Assembly (NCBI GenBank): GCA_023213395.1
Contig: CM041465.1
Span: forward strand, 147,815,741 to 147,879,740
Length of the DNA stretch: 64,000 nt
Direction: 5' to 3'
Origin: Cycas panzhihuaensis
Taxonomy: Eukaryota > Plantae > Cycadophyta
Part shown: positions 37,088-50,172 of the stretch, piece after piece
Numbering within the stretch: the first letter of the stretch is position 1
How the letters are laid out: every line of letters begins with the position of its first letter
Position numbers and translations under genes: made by a program
The notes under the pieces: generated by a model
Database searches by the model: none
What the model saw: the letters and a program-made list of their open reading frames with translations, nothing else
Told to the model about the DNA's origin: nothing

Positions 37088-40000
37088 ATGGCATCTTTGA
37101 TTCTGGGCCTAAGTGACATTGATTGATTGACCGAGAATAACTACCATGTATGGAGGATCAAAATAGAAGCCCTCTTACGTGCAAAGAATGCATGGGAACT
37201 AACCATAGGAGAAGAAAAAATGCATGATGTTGAAGGTGACACTTAAAAAAAATGGAAAGAAAGGAATAATGTAGAAGTAATAATGCTAAAACTATGTCTC
37301 TGATTATTTATTGATATATATAGACAAATTAAATATTTGCTCTCAAATCTAAAAAACCCTAGAATATCTCTATTGCCCAAAAGAATAGAGCAAGGGTTAT
37401 TACTCTGAAAGAAGAATTGTTTAAATTGGTTCTGAAAGAAACAGATATTATAGTCGACTTCATTCACAAGGTCACCATTATCCAAAATGAACTTCTAAGT
37501 ACTTGGAAAGTAATTTTAGAAAAAGAAATTGTTGAAATGGTAATGGGAAAACTTCCCAATGCCTTTGATGTGACCATTAATACCATTACCAATACTTGTA
37601 TAATTGAAGAAATATCACTTGATGAACTGACTGGTATGTTGATGAGACAGGAACAAAGGAACAAAAGACACGAAGATGAAATAGAAGATGCCTTTGTAAC
37701 AAAATTAAACATAGGAGGCTCAAGAGGAAGAGGGCATTTCAGAGGTAGAGGGCACACATCCGAGTTCAGAACTCCTTCATGCGAAAGATGGTCAGAAAAT
37801 CGAGGTCGCGGTTGCATGTACACTCTAAGAGATGTGCAGGGCTGCTTCAACTGCGACAACCATGGTCACTTTTCAAGCTAATGTCAGATGTTTGATGTTT
37901 GCTATCACTGCAGACAGTCGGGATACTATTTGCGTCAATGTCATCAGCGAAGAGATGAGATTCAAAGAGAGAAAAGACCATCCAACAACTACAGCAAGGA
38001 ACAACTAAAGGAAGAAGAAGAAGAAGAAACAATTTTCGTTGTTGCTTCATCAACTAGTCTTCATGACTCTGATGTATGGTTCATTGACTCAGGGGCATCA
38101 AGGCACATGATGAACATAAAAGATTGGTTTGGGTCAATCAAAACCTATTTATCAAAGGCTGTCGAATTTGGAGATAAGTACCCTTTGAGCATTGAGGGAG
38201 TAGGAATTATTGCCATAAATCGGCAAGGTTCTATGAAGAAAATCGATAATGTACTCTTTGTATCTAAACTCAAGATGAATGGCATTAGTCCCTAGATGCT
38301 TGGCATTAGTCTTGTTTTGTGTTTATACATTTTGCTCACCAGTGACATGGATTATGGAATGAGAGGTGATTGGAATACTGAGAAAATTTATGGGGAAGTT
38401 TATGATGGAGTTTGGAAAAGAATTGATCATGAAGTGATTCTTACTTAGCATAAGAGGGTGGGGTTCTGAGGGAAGATCAACCATAGATTTAAATGCATAG
38501 AAATAGTAATGGAAGAGATAAAGTGTAGGAAGTATATGAGGTTTAGAAATTGATTCGAATAGTAATTTGGGTTAGTAAGGTGTTCATGGAACCATTAGAA
38601 TTTTCAATGGAAAAAGGTAGACGCAGAACTAGGGATAGATGCTCTTTATGGGAGAAATATTTTAACGGTGGTTCAGAAACAAGGGTAGAATCATATGAGT
38701 GAATTAGTGATAGGTGTTGTTTATGGAAAAAATATTTTAATGGGCGCTCAGAGACAAGGGTAGGACTATATGAAGGACCTAATGGAAAAAAACAATGTTG
38801 GTGGTATAAAATTGTGGGTAGTCAGAACAAACTAAATGAGTTATTATAAGGGCTAATTATCGTATTAGGAGATGAAACCTGATGAAGGGAGGATGGAAGG
38901 GTTAGAACATTCTATTGAGGAAAGTTATTAGGGAATGATGAAGCATACAAATAGAGAGTTGAATTAAGGTTGTGAAGAGGGATTGGAATTTGTCTTATGA
39001 AGAATATGGAGTTTAGGGGATTAGGGGTTTGGGCAACTATGGGACAAGCGGAAGAGGGTTCTTGTACAACTATTGAGCATGGAACTGAGAGAGGACAAAT
39101 GAAACTACTAAATGAAATGTGCATGTGCAAAATAAGCTAAAGAATCGTGTCAAGTACTTTATGGGATTCGCCTAGTTGCTTGGCTTCTTCTGCATCTTGC
39201 TTAAGCTCTTCCTCAATCTCATCCTCGGTCTCAACTAGAATCTTATTGGACTCTTCTACCTTATGATCGAGCATGATTTGACCTATAATTGGTTTATTTT
39301 CAAGCTTTTGAACCAATTCTTGGCTGCAATTTTTGTTGATGGACTAAATTTCTTCCTCCATGGCTATCCTCCATTATTTTTTTAAGCTAGCTTTTGCAAA
39401 GCTTATGGTTCCAAATTGTAATATAGGCTTTGATGAGTTTGTGACCTTGTTCTTCTACTCTTTTCTTCTTTAATCTAATCTATATTATGCATCCTAGTGT
39501 CTTGTAGAGTCCTTAGATAACATGTTGGTACTTTGTTTTCTGGCACTTGATATGCTTTCGGTGATCTTGGTGTGTTCTCATGATTTTATGGAATTCTTAT
39601 GTTTTTGGGAATGAACCATCTTAATACCCCTTTTTCAAGTAATTATTGCTATGTTGCATCTTCATGGTTCTAAATATTTCTTAACCTTCATTGATGATTC
39701 CACCAGAAAAGTGTGGGTGTATTTCATTCATAATAAATCAGATGTGTTTGATACATTTAAAGAATTCAAAGCTGAGGTAGAATTAGAATCAAGATGTAAA
39801 ATTAAATGTATCAGGTTAGACAATGGAGGCGAATATATCTCGAGAGAATTCATCGACTTCTGCAAACCCAGGGGCATTCGAAGATGGTTCACAACCCTTC
39901 ATACATCTCCGTCAAATGGTGTAGTTGAACGAATGAATAGAACCATAATGGAAATGGCTCGAAGCATAATCCATGACAAACAAGTTCTGAGAACCTACTG

Positions 40001-42070
40001 GGCAGAGGCAGTAAGTACAACTTGCTATCTAATCAATCGAAGTCCAACAACATCATTGCAGTAGATAACACCAGAAGAAGCCTAGACTAAAAGGAAGCCT
40101 GATGTAAGTAATCTAAGAATCTTTGGTAGTCAAGCTTTATACATATTCTAGATAAAACTAGGACAAAATTGGATTCAAAATGCATAGAATGCATCATGGT
40201 GGGATACAGTAAAAAATCAAAATGATACAAATGCATAGATTCCAAGACAAATAAAATCTATGTAAGTAGGGATGTAGTCTTTAATGAATAAATTCCATCT
40301 GAGGTCAAGTCTCCAATACAAACAATTGAGGGAGTGTCTGGAATTGAACCTAAAGAAGAATTGTTTGCTAAAGAATCGGGAGTGACCACAAAACCTGAGC
40401 TAGAAGAATCAGAAGTTAGTTTTCACGTTGAAGAAGAACCTTCATCAGAAGAATCAACTTCTAAAGTACCACAAAAAAAGGTACCAAAATGGTACATCAA
40501 AACCATAGAAGAAGGAAAAGGAGATATATTCACACACAGGACCAGAAGTCAACAGCATCAAGCACTCTTCAACATACTACAACCACAATCATTTGAAGAA
40601 GCAAAAGAGCATGTAGAGTGGAAAACGACCATGGATACAGAGATGGATGCCATTGCCAAAAGTCAGACTTGGGACCTAGTAGAATTATCTCCCAACAAGC
40701 TAGTAGTAAATTGCAAATGGGTGTACAAAGTAAAAGAGGGTGCATATGGAAAAATAGAAAATTTCAAAGCAAGACTTGTGGAAAAAGGGTACATCCAGAC
40801 TGCTAGAATTGACTTCGATGAGACATTTTCACTTGTGGCAAAAATGAATATAGTTCGAACGATGATAGCACTAGTAGCCCAGAATAACTAAAAAATTTAC
40901 TAGTTAGATGTCAAAAGTGCCTTTCTAAATAGAGAACTGGATGAAGAAGTTTACATGCGCCAACCCGAAGGCTATGTCTAGTCAAGACAAGAACACCTGG
41001 TATGTAAACTTAAAAAGGCACTGCATGGATTGTAGCAGACCCCCAGAGCGTGGTACGCTAAGCTAGACAAGTATCTGTCTCAAAATGGCTTCCAAAGGTG
41101 TAACTCTGATTCTAGTCTCTACATAAAAAAAAATAATGGAACAATTTCAATTATAGTGGTTTATATGAGATACTCACTGGAGATGACACCAAGTCTATCT
41201 CAAACATAAAAAATCAGTTAGAGAAGGATTTTGAAATGACTGACTTGGGTTCTTTGAACTATTATCTGGAAATAGAAATTGAAAAATGTGAAAAGCATAT
41301 TGCACTCTCACAAGGCAAGTACATCAAGGATTTGCTAACTAAGTTCCAAATGGAGAATCGTAATGAATGAGCAACACCTGTGGAAGTAAACTGCAATCTA
41401 GCCGTAGAAGGAGGAGAGCCTTCAATTGATTGCACCCTTTATAGACAACTGATCGAGAGTCTTATTTATCTCACTAGCACAAGACCTAACATCTCACATT
41501 TAGTAGGTATGGTTTCCAGATACATATAGGAGCCAAAGCTAAAACATTAGAAGGCTGCAGAAAGAATACTCAAATACCAGAAAAGAACAATAGATCTAAA
41601 ACTAGTATACAACAAAGAGGAGTCAACACAACTGATTGGGTACTGCGACTCTGATTGGGTAGGAGATAAAGATACCAGAAGATCCACCGGTGGATATTGT
41701 TTCTTCCTGGGATCAGCGACCATTTCACGGTGTAATAAGAAGCAACCCACTATTGCACTCTCTTCAACTGAAGTAGAATACAAATCAATTGTCAACGCAA
41801 CATGCGAAGCTCTTTCGCTCAAACAACTGCTAACAAACATGAACCAACAATGCTACTTTGTGATAATCAAAGTGCAATTAAGCTAACCAAAAACCCTATC
41901 CTGCATGCACGAACAAAATATATAGAAGTGCATCATCACTTCATCTAGAAAAAGGTGCAAAATAAAGAAATAGATCTAACATATTGCTCAACAACACATC
42001 AAGTTGCAGATATATTAACAAAATCACTTGTAAGAGAGAAGTTTCAAACTCTCAGAGAAAGATTATGACT
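37088..42070 (+). pseudogene. gag-pol: Copia F gag-pol, decayed and interrupted at 38280-39650
   Basis: Two zinc knuckles (CFNCDNHGH, CYHCRQSG); WFIDSGASRHM; FIDDSTRKVWVY/RLDNGGEY; CKWVYKVK; RNase H SSTEVEY. Confidence 0.92.
38280..39650 (-). repeat. Foreign fragment of the non-autonomous gypsy-derived family inside copia F
   Basis: 38290-39278 is highly similar to 50878-51876; no LTR ends or TSD; it replaces the protease-to-integrase linker. Confidence 0.9.
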
Positions 42071-42303
42071 AAAAATGATAAAACATTAAGAGAGGGTGTT
42101 AGAATATAATGTTTTATCTTAAGAATATTAAATAAATGAGGCAATGTGTTTAAGACCTTCATTACATTTAATTCATATGTTTAATGTAATAACCATGTAA
42201 TGGTTACAAAGTCTGATGTATATAAAGGAGGTTTCCCTCCATTAATAATCAAGAGAGAGATTCCATTCTTTCCCACTGTTGAGGGTTTGATTTTTACAAT
42301 ACT

Positions 42304-44425
42304 CAATACTATAGTATATCTAATAAATAGGAGTTCAACACAAGCTTTGCATAAAGTCATGCTAGAAGAAGTCTGGACTAGACAAAAACCAAATGTAAGT
42401 AACCTCAAAGTTTTTGGTTGCAAGGTTTACGTTCATATACCAGATAAAAAACAAACTAAGCTTGATAGTAAAAGTATAGAATGAATAATAATAGGGTATA
42501 GCAACAAATCAAAGGTCTACAGATGCATAGATCCAAAAACCAATAAGATCTATGTTAGTAGAGATGTATTATTTGATCAAAGTCTTGAAAACAGTCAAAG
42601 AACATGTCAAAAGAGAAACACAATTAGAAACCTCTATTAGGCCAATATCAACTTCTTCAGATGAAGACTCTGAAATCACTTTAGAGATTATTGAGTCAAG
42701 CAGTGAAACTTTTGAAGCCAGGTCTCCAAGAAATAGTCAGGTTAGTCCTTCTATCAAAGAAAATATTCCAGAAGAAGGAGAGTAAAGGATTACATCAAAG
42801 GAACATGCTCATAAGAAGATACCAAATTGGTATTTCAAAATAATTGAGAAAACAAAAGGAAACGTGTTTTAGCACAGGACATGATCTAAAAAACATTAAG
42901 CACTGGCTTGTTTTGTTGAACCTGATACATATGAAGAGACAAGCCAACATTTTGAATGGAAAACAACAATGGATGCTGAAATAGCAATAATTACAAAAAA
43001 TGAAACCTGGGAGTTGGTTGAACCTCCTGCAAACAAACCCATTGTCAATTGCAAATGGGTATACAAGGTAAAAGAAAAATCCAATGGAGAATTTGAGAAA
43101 CATAAAGCAAGGTTAGTTGCTAAAGAATATACTCAAACCGCAGGTATAAATTATGAAGAAACATTCTCAGCAGTAGTCAAATTAAACACCATGAGAATAG
43201 TAATTGCTTTAGCTGCTCAACAAAATTGAAAACTATTTCAACTTGATGTTAAGAGTGCCTTCTTAAATGAGGATCTAAAAAATGAAGTATATATGTATCA
43301 ATATGAAGGCTATACAAAATCAAGACAAGAAAATTTAGTGTGCAAGTTAAAGAAATCCTTGTATGTGCTTAAACAAGCTCCAAGAGCATGCTATACAAAA
43401 TTAGATAAATATCTTGTTTACAATAACTTTCATAAGCGTGAGTCTAAACCCAGTTTGTATGTGAAATTCAATAAGGATCTGATAATTATAATAGTAGTGT
43501 ATGTAGATGATATGCTACTCACATGAAGTAATACAAACTCAATTGCGTCTATAAAGAACTAGTTAGAAAAAGTTTTTGAAATGACTAATCTTAGAATGTT
43601 GTATTATTACCTTGGAATTGAGGTAACTGAGTGAAAATATTATGTTACTTTATCTCAATCCAATTACATTAAGAATATGTAGAAAAAATTCAATATGAAA
43701 AATTGTAACAGGTGTGCCATACTTATGGAAACAGGTTGTGTGTTAAATCTTGATATAGATGGTCAGGTAATAAATGCGACCACATACAAGTAACTAGTTG
43801 GAAGTCTGATATATCTTACTGCTACAAGACCTAACATCTCTTATTCAGTTTGAGTAATTTCTAAATATATGTAAGAATCGAAGATATTACATTGAAATGC
43901 AACAAAGGGAATACTCAGATATTTGAAAGGAACAATAGATCTAGATTTGAATTATACAAGAGTTGATACTATGCAATTGACATATTATAGTGACTCAGAT
44001 TGGGCAGGATAAAACAAATAGAAAGTCAATAACAGATTACTCTTTCTCTTTGGAATCAGTAGTAATATTTTAGAGCAACAAAAAACAATCCACAATTGGC
44101 TTATCTTCCACTGAAGTTGAATACAAGTCAGCGGCAAGTGCATCTTGCGAAGTTTTGTTCAAATCAGATAATTATTAAAAGATTTGGGTTAAGAACATAA
44201 GATTCCTACTATTCTATTTTGTGACAATCGAAGCACAATCAAAATGATCAAAAATCCTATTCTTCATGCAAGAACAAAGCATATAGAGGTTCATCATTAT
44301 TTCATAAGAGAAAAGGTTCAAAACAAGGAGGTTGAATTGCTATATTGCATATTAGATGAGCAAATTGCTAAGTAAAGACAAGTTTCAATTCTTTAGAGAT
44401 AAGTTTGGAATAGAATAGATTAAAC
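42304..44425 (+). pseudogene. pol: Copia E integrase end, RT and RNase H
   Basis: NTIVYLINRS; FGCKVYVHIPD; CKWVYKVK..KARLVAK; VYVDDML; HARTKHIEVHHYFIREKV. Confidence 0.92.
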
Positions 44426-47400
44426 ATTAAGAGATGGTGTTAAGAGTAATGTTTTATCTATACATTATAATACTTCTCTAATATACTTTTATGGGGGTTA
44501 TGTGTCATTCCCTCTTCTCTCCACTTGTGACAAGTGGTGCACATTTGTTCAGCCATGTCCAACACTGATATAAATTGTATTGTATTTATAGAGGGTTCTC
44601 TCTCATTAATGAAATCAATCCATTGAGACTTTAACATAACCTAGCCGAAAAATATTTAAGAAAACTATTCAAATACCAAAAATTTAGAAATTCCCTTTAA
44701 AAACCTCATAGAAATAACCACTTAAAAATACTAAAACTTGGAAAAAGAAATGCAATGCTCTATAAACCCAAGAGAAATCCTTTCAACTCCAGAAATGCTT
44801 AGAAAAGACTAATTAAATTATAACCATGAAAAGAAACATTATAAACCCCAAATACTCTAATTTCATGAAAACAATATGTTTTTTCTAACAAGTCTATACT
44901 ACAATCATTTTTGTATATTTTTTAGGAGTAGGTATTTGGGAGCTAGCAAATTTTGTAGATGTGGCTTAAACTAGATCGTAATTTTAATTATTGAAAAAAT
45001 CATTGTAAATTTACGACATCCAAACTTCATGAAAATTATATATCCTACAAGCTTGTATACAAGTTAGGAGTCTGGCAATTGGAAAATAACACAATTTTCA
45101 AGTATGTTGTTGAAGTTAGGTTGTTACCATCTAAGTTCCTATGTGTTGCCAAGTTTTATTTGGCTCTCTCTTACATTATCTAGCTGGCATTTGCCATTCA
45201 TTGTTTTGTTTTTCCATTATTTCATTCTCCCACATAGGAGGATTACGTTTGACTTCATCAAGCTTAAAAACGTAGCTTCAATGTAGTTTTATTTGACCTT
45301 GACAGAGTCCTTGTCCCTATGTAAAAATCCCATTTATTCCTTATTTTATTGTTATGATTTCTAAATGCAAACTTGTTATTGCCCAAACAACATTGACCCT
45401 AGAAGGGTCATCGTTGCAAACTTCTACATCACTACAACCCTAAGGTTGGCAAGGAGTTCTGGCCCTACCACTTTGTCTTGTGTGATAGACATTGTTCTTG
45501 AGATTGCTTAACCTATGGGTTGGTACCATTAAGTCCTGTCACGACCAATATTAATGGGGTGCAGAGGAGGAAATTCTATTCCCTAGTTTTGATAGTATTT
45601 AGTTGCAGTTTTATAAGAAAATTTGCAAATTATATGCACAATTGTGAGATTTGTAAGGGGTTTTAAATGCACCCCTTGTTTTGGAATAAAACCTTGGTTT
45701 TGGGAAAGAGACAACTAGTTTGGAGAAGTCTTTTGAAAGAAACTCTAGACATAATTCTTGGCATGGGGAAAAGAATACTTGGTTTATAGCATATAAATTT
45801 TGGTTTACAATTCATAGTGATCGGTTCAAGACATATGGTGGTTAGCTTGAGCATACTACATGTTCAAGTAGAATGTTCTTAGGGGTTTTCAAAGCATAAA
45901 TATAAACCATGATAACTCATAATCTTTCACCCTTTAGGCCAACATATGCTTAAATAGAGAAAATACAATCAAAGACTTGGTAGCTTAAGAGGTCTATCAA
46001 AGATAGCTTTAATGCATACTCATTGTGCCTATTGCCTAGGGGCTGCCCCTATCTCTAATATTAACTCTCTTTTAAGAAGACAGTTAAGGGTTAAAATTCT
46101 TCAACCAACCCTCAATTATACAACATTAATTAATTAGATGTTGCATTGACCCTGAATTACCTAGCATGAATTAAAGTCACTTTAAAAATTATGTTACAAA
46201 TTATGTCACTCTAGACTTTAGACTTAGGCAATTATGTAGCCTAATATTAATCCCCCACTCTTTAAAGTGGTGCATTCCTACACAAGCAATGAGTGAAAAT
46301 TAGAATTAGTGGTTTGAATTAGAACCGATGGAGTGTTTATACTCTAAGATAGGGTTAATAGATGGCAAATAAAAAATAAATCAAATTAATATACCACATC
46401 CACCAATCTTCCTTGAACTCTTCAAGTTGTTCCATCTTGGGTTTAGAAGCTAAAATGAATGGAATAAAAATTTGCCATCTAAATTTTTGTGCGCTTTTCC
46501 ATGAACTTAGTCATTTAATCTAATATTCCCTCATTAATGCCACCACATCTTTGATCCAGAGTATTTTTACAAGCTCCTATGCTTTGGTCTTATGGCCTAC
46601 TCTTGCAATCCCTATATGAATGCTTGGTTCATTGGTTGACATGGATTTCATGTTCCTTCATTCGTTACAAGTTTCAACTACATTTAACATTCTTTCTCAT
46701 TAACTAACCCATAAACACACATTTGACTATTTTATTCCTTGTCCAAGCTTTCTTTTTTGGTTGAAAAACATGCTTTTATTGACAAGAAACACTACATATG
46801 ATTTATTACAAAAATGGTAGGGGAGAGAATGTCATCCCTTGCGACCCTTTGGATGATACATAAGGATACATTTAATCCTTTACTAGTGTATAAAAAGTAG
46901 AACTGCATTGCTAGCCTAGCTAGAGGGGCACACAAAATAGAAAAGGTTATCAAGTACTAAAGTTGGTCCCATCCATTGTTGACCTAAGCAGTTGGAGCAT
47001 ATCCCTCATATAATAAAACTATTTGTGGCCGACCTAATTAATTCGCTAACCCACCCCTTGTTTGGCCAACCTCCCTCTGGCTGACCCACTCCTAATTTAC
47101 TCTTCTATATATATGTCTCACCCAGCCTAGATAAAGGTAAGTTGTTTTTATGTAGGTCTATAGTTGGGTGTCCTTCTAGACAAGTGGAGGATGCCTCGCC
47201 TCAAAGAGTATAGGCATTCATAGTAGTGGATTCTCAGAGCTCTCTCCATGCGATGCTTGGGATTTTGGTGTTAGGGTCAAATAAGTATTACTCTCTCATG
47301 CCTGTACATTTGTCATTAGTTCTTTTATATTATTTAAGTTTGTGTGCAACACCTCATAACCATTGTTCCCTTTATTAGGGGGGTTTTCTCCAAGTGGTTG

Positions 47401-50172
47401 ATTAGCACCTAAAGATTTGAAATCTTGACTTGTATTTTTCTAATATGAGCACTAATCTATAACGTACAAGTAGATAACATAGACATTGTATCATTGGAGA
47501 GCTTCATAGTACACAATTTGTATTAAAAAAAGTTGCATTCCTGTGTTTCCAAATATAATATAGTATTTCAATTTAATTCATTTCCCAAGCATGGTAGAAT
47601 GTAGGTGAGAAATCACTATCGTACCCCAAAAGAGCAACATTTCATCCAAGTCCTTTGAGATAATTAGTCTAGTGTACATTTGGAATAAATCTCATTATGA
47701 TTTCTCTAATGAGCACCGCCAAAAGAGATGTATGAGATTTTTGGTTTGCCCAAAGAAGGTACACATCACATTCATGTGACCCAACTTGGCTAATCTAGCT
47801 CTAACAAGAAATTTACTATTGATCAGTGACTAGGCGAAGAATACCTTCTTGGATTGAAGCAAGTCCCGCCTACATACCAACATTTGAATTCTTCTTGGTC
47901 ATGTTTGTTCACCACATTCAATATTCCAAATCTTGTTTAATTTGTGAGAGATCTAGCTACCTTATGCAAGAAGCCTATACACATACAAGATAGAGTATTT
48001 AATGAATGAATTGGTTTGATGCTATGCTTAGTTTTATAACCAAATGGGACCTACTTTGTGGCCAAGTTTGGTAATTGAGTTGCAAGATAACAAGTCTAGA
48101 TTTCTTCAATGATGTACCTTTCAAAACTTTGATCTTAATTTCCTATTTGACAATTATGCATGTCTTCAACCATTCTCTGGCTTGGTTGTATAGTTGATTG
48201 ATGGTCAAAAGGCTTTTTTTGTTCAACATTTTGGTTTCAAACCAGGATTGTTTTCCCAAGCAAATACCATCCTTCAAGAACATAGGAGATCACCATATGG
48301 AGCATTCTCTAAAAGATACCCTTTTTAGGTTTATCCCCTCACCGCACTAGTAATTTTTTATAGTCTTTCGAAGCACTCCATGTAGATTTGAAAATTGGAG
48401 AACGAAACACGTTGATAAGTATTGGAGTGACTAGACTTATGAGCAGTGAGAGTGAAATTCCATTGAGAGATTGCTCTAAGTTGTGTTAGACTAATATCTT
48501 TTAGGCCTCATCACCTTTTTTGGTCCTGACCAACCACTTGGCACATAGAGCACACCCTTATAGTTTGACATCGATCAAACCTAATCCTTTATTTGCCTTG
48601 CTCCTAAAATAGAATTGTTAGTTGACATGGTTGAAGCCTTTTCTACCTTACTTCGAGGATTACAAGAATGGTTTGAGTAGTTTCACTAGGTGCTCATGAA
48701 TTGTATTAGAGGGCACCCAACACAAAGATGACTCACACATGGTAGCCAACACCTTGAAGCACACTTAGACCTTACTATTCAAGGAAAGGAATTTAGAAGA
48801 CCAATAGGTAAGTTTCTTTTCCACTCTATTAGTCACACTCTTCCACATCTCTATTAGAGAAGGACCAAACCCAAAAGGAATCCTTAAGAATTTAAATATC
48901 TCACCAAGTTTGATCCAAAACCATTCAAATCCCCTAACCAATTGTGTGGTGATACCCATAGAAAATACATCCACACTAAAATAAGTCAAAAAATAATAGC
49001 TCAATGAAGATAATATGAGCAATTTATAATGATATCAAATTTGCATATAAAATAATAGCTCATAGTATCAAATATACAACCAAAGATACTGCTCAAAATA
49101 ATAGATATCAGATGAAGCTTTAATAATAGATGAAAGATCATAGTAATGGCCATCTTCGAGGTGAGGGTTTCCTTCTAAATAGCACAACAATGCCTCGATG
49201 GCTTCAAGGCATTAGTCTAGATCAAATATCGAATTATCCAAGTTGTTCTACAAATGAATAATACTCCCTATTTGTAGCTCTATGTTTACTCTGTCTAAAA
49301 ATTGACTTCTTCACTCTCCTTAAAATACCAACTTCACATTAATGATATTGTCTTCTTTTTCCAAAGAAATTGACTTTGCATAATTAGGAATGTAACAACT
49401 CCCTTCCCCTTAAAATACTTCATCCTCAAAGTATGGGTAGTTACTTGTGGAAGTTGCTTGGCCCATGCCTTAAACATGTTCTTCATTCCTCCGTTTGCTA
49501 AGTCTTTTATTTTGTAGAAATTTGGTCCAATTTATGCCTTCTATTAGAGATTCTTGACCTATAACTTGGATCTGTAGATGTTTGTGTTTAGGACCTAATG
49601 CATGTTGTGTCTTTCTCTATACAGACATGATCCTGGGACCTATGTAGGGATGATGGAACTTGGCCAAAATCTTATTTTGTGGTTATACATTTTGTCCTTG
49701 ATATCGCTCAAGAGATGAGGGGTGTTGAGAATATTGTGAGAGTTTTGTAGTGAAGTAATAATGTGACTTTGGGAGCTCAAGGAAAAAGTGGTCATAGGGG
49801 TCGTATAATGGTGATTGCATAATGCAAAACAGAATGGGAGAAGTGGGGTTCACTGAGGGGGTTAGCAATAAATTTGTAAGCATGGGAAACTGAGCCATAA
49901 TAGTTATAAATTAAGAGGGTTATAAGGGGTTTGTTGTACAACTACGACTCTTAGGGAAATAGGATGGATGCAGGATTAGTGATAGGCACTCTTTATGGGA
50001 AAGAGGCTTTGGTAGAGGTTTAGAGATGGGGGTAGGACTAGATAAAATAATGAAACAAAAAAATGTTGGGTACCTAGAAGTGTGGAAGGTTGGGACAGAT
50101 AAGATGAGGTTGATAAGATGGAAGGATAATTTTTAAACTAGAAGGTGAAACATCATGAGGGGAGAATGGAAG

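Larger units (their letters stand above)
36144..42298 (+). mobile_element. Copia F nested in the integrase of copia E
   Basis: 202 bp LTRs at 36144-36345 and 42097-42298 (~21 mismatches by eye); TSD atagt/atact; degenerate PBS ttgtattagag; PPT cattaagagaggg. Confidence 0.94.
32910..44636 (+). mobile_element. Full-length decayed copia E, containing nested copia F
   Basis: 199 bp LTRs at 32910-33108 and 44438-44636 (~25 mismatches by eye); perfect TSD taacc; PBS tggtatcagggc (33109-33120); PPT cattaagagatgg before 44438. Confidence 0.96.

Noticed and set aside
44642-46740. Possible LINE ORF1 or other TE remnant
   Set aside because: Too degenerate to assign from sequence alone.
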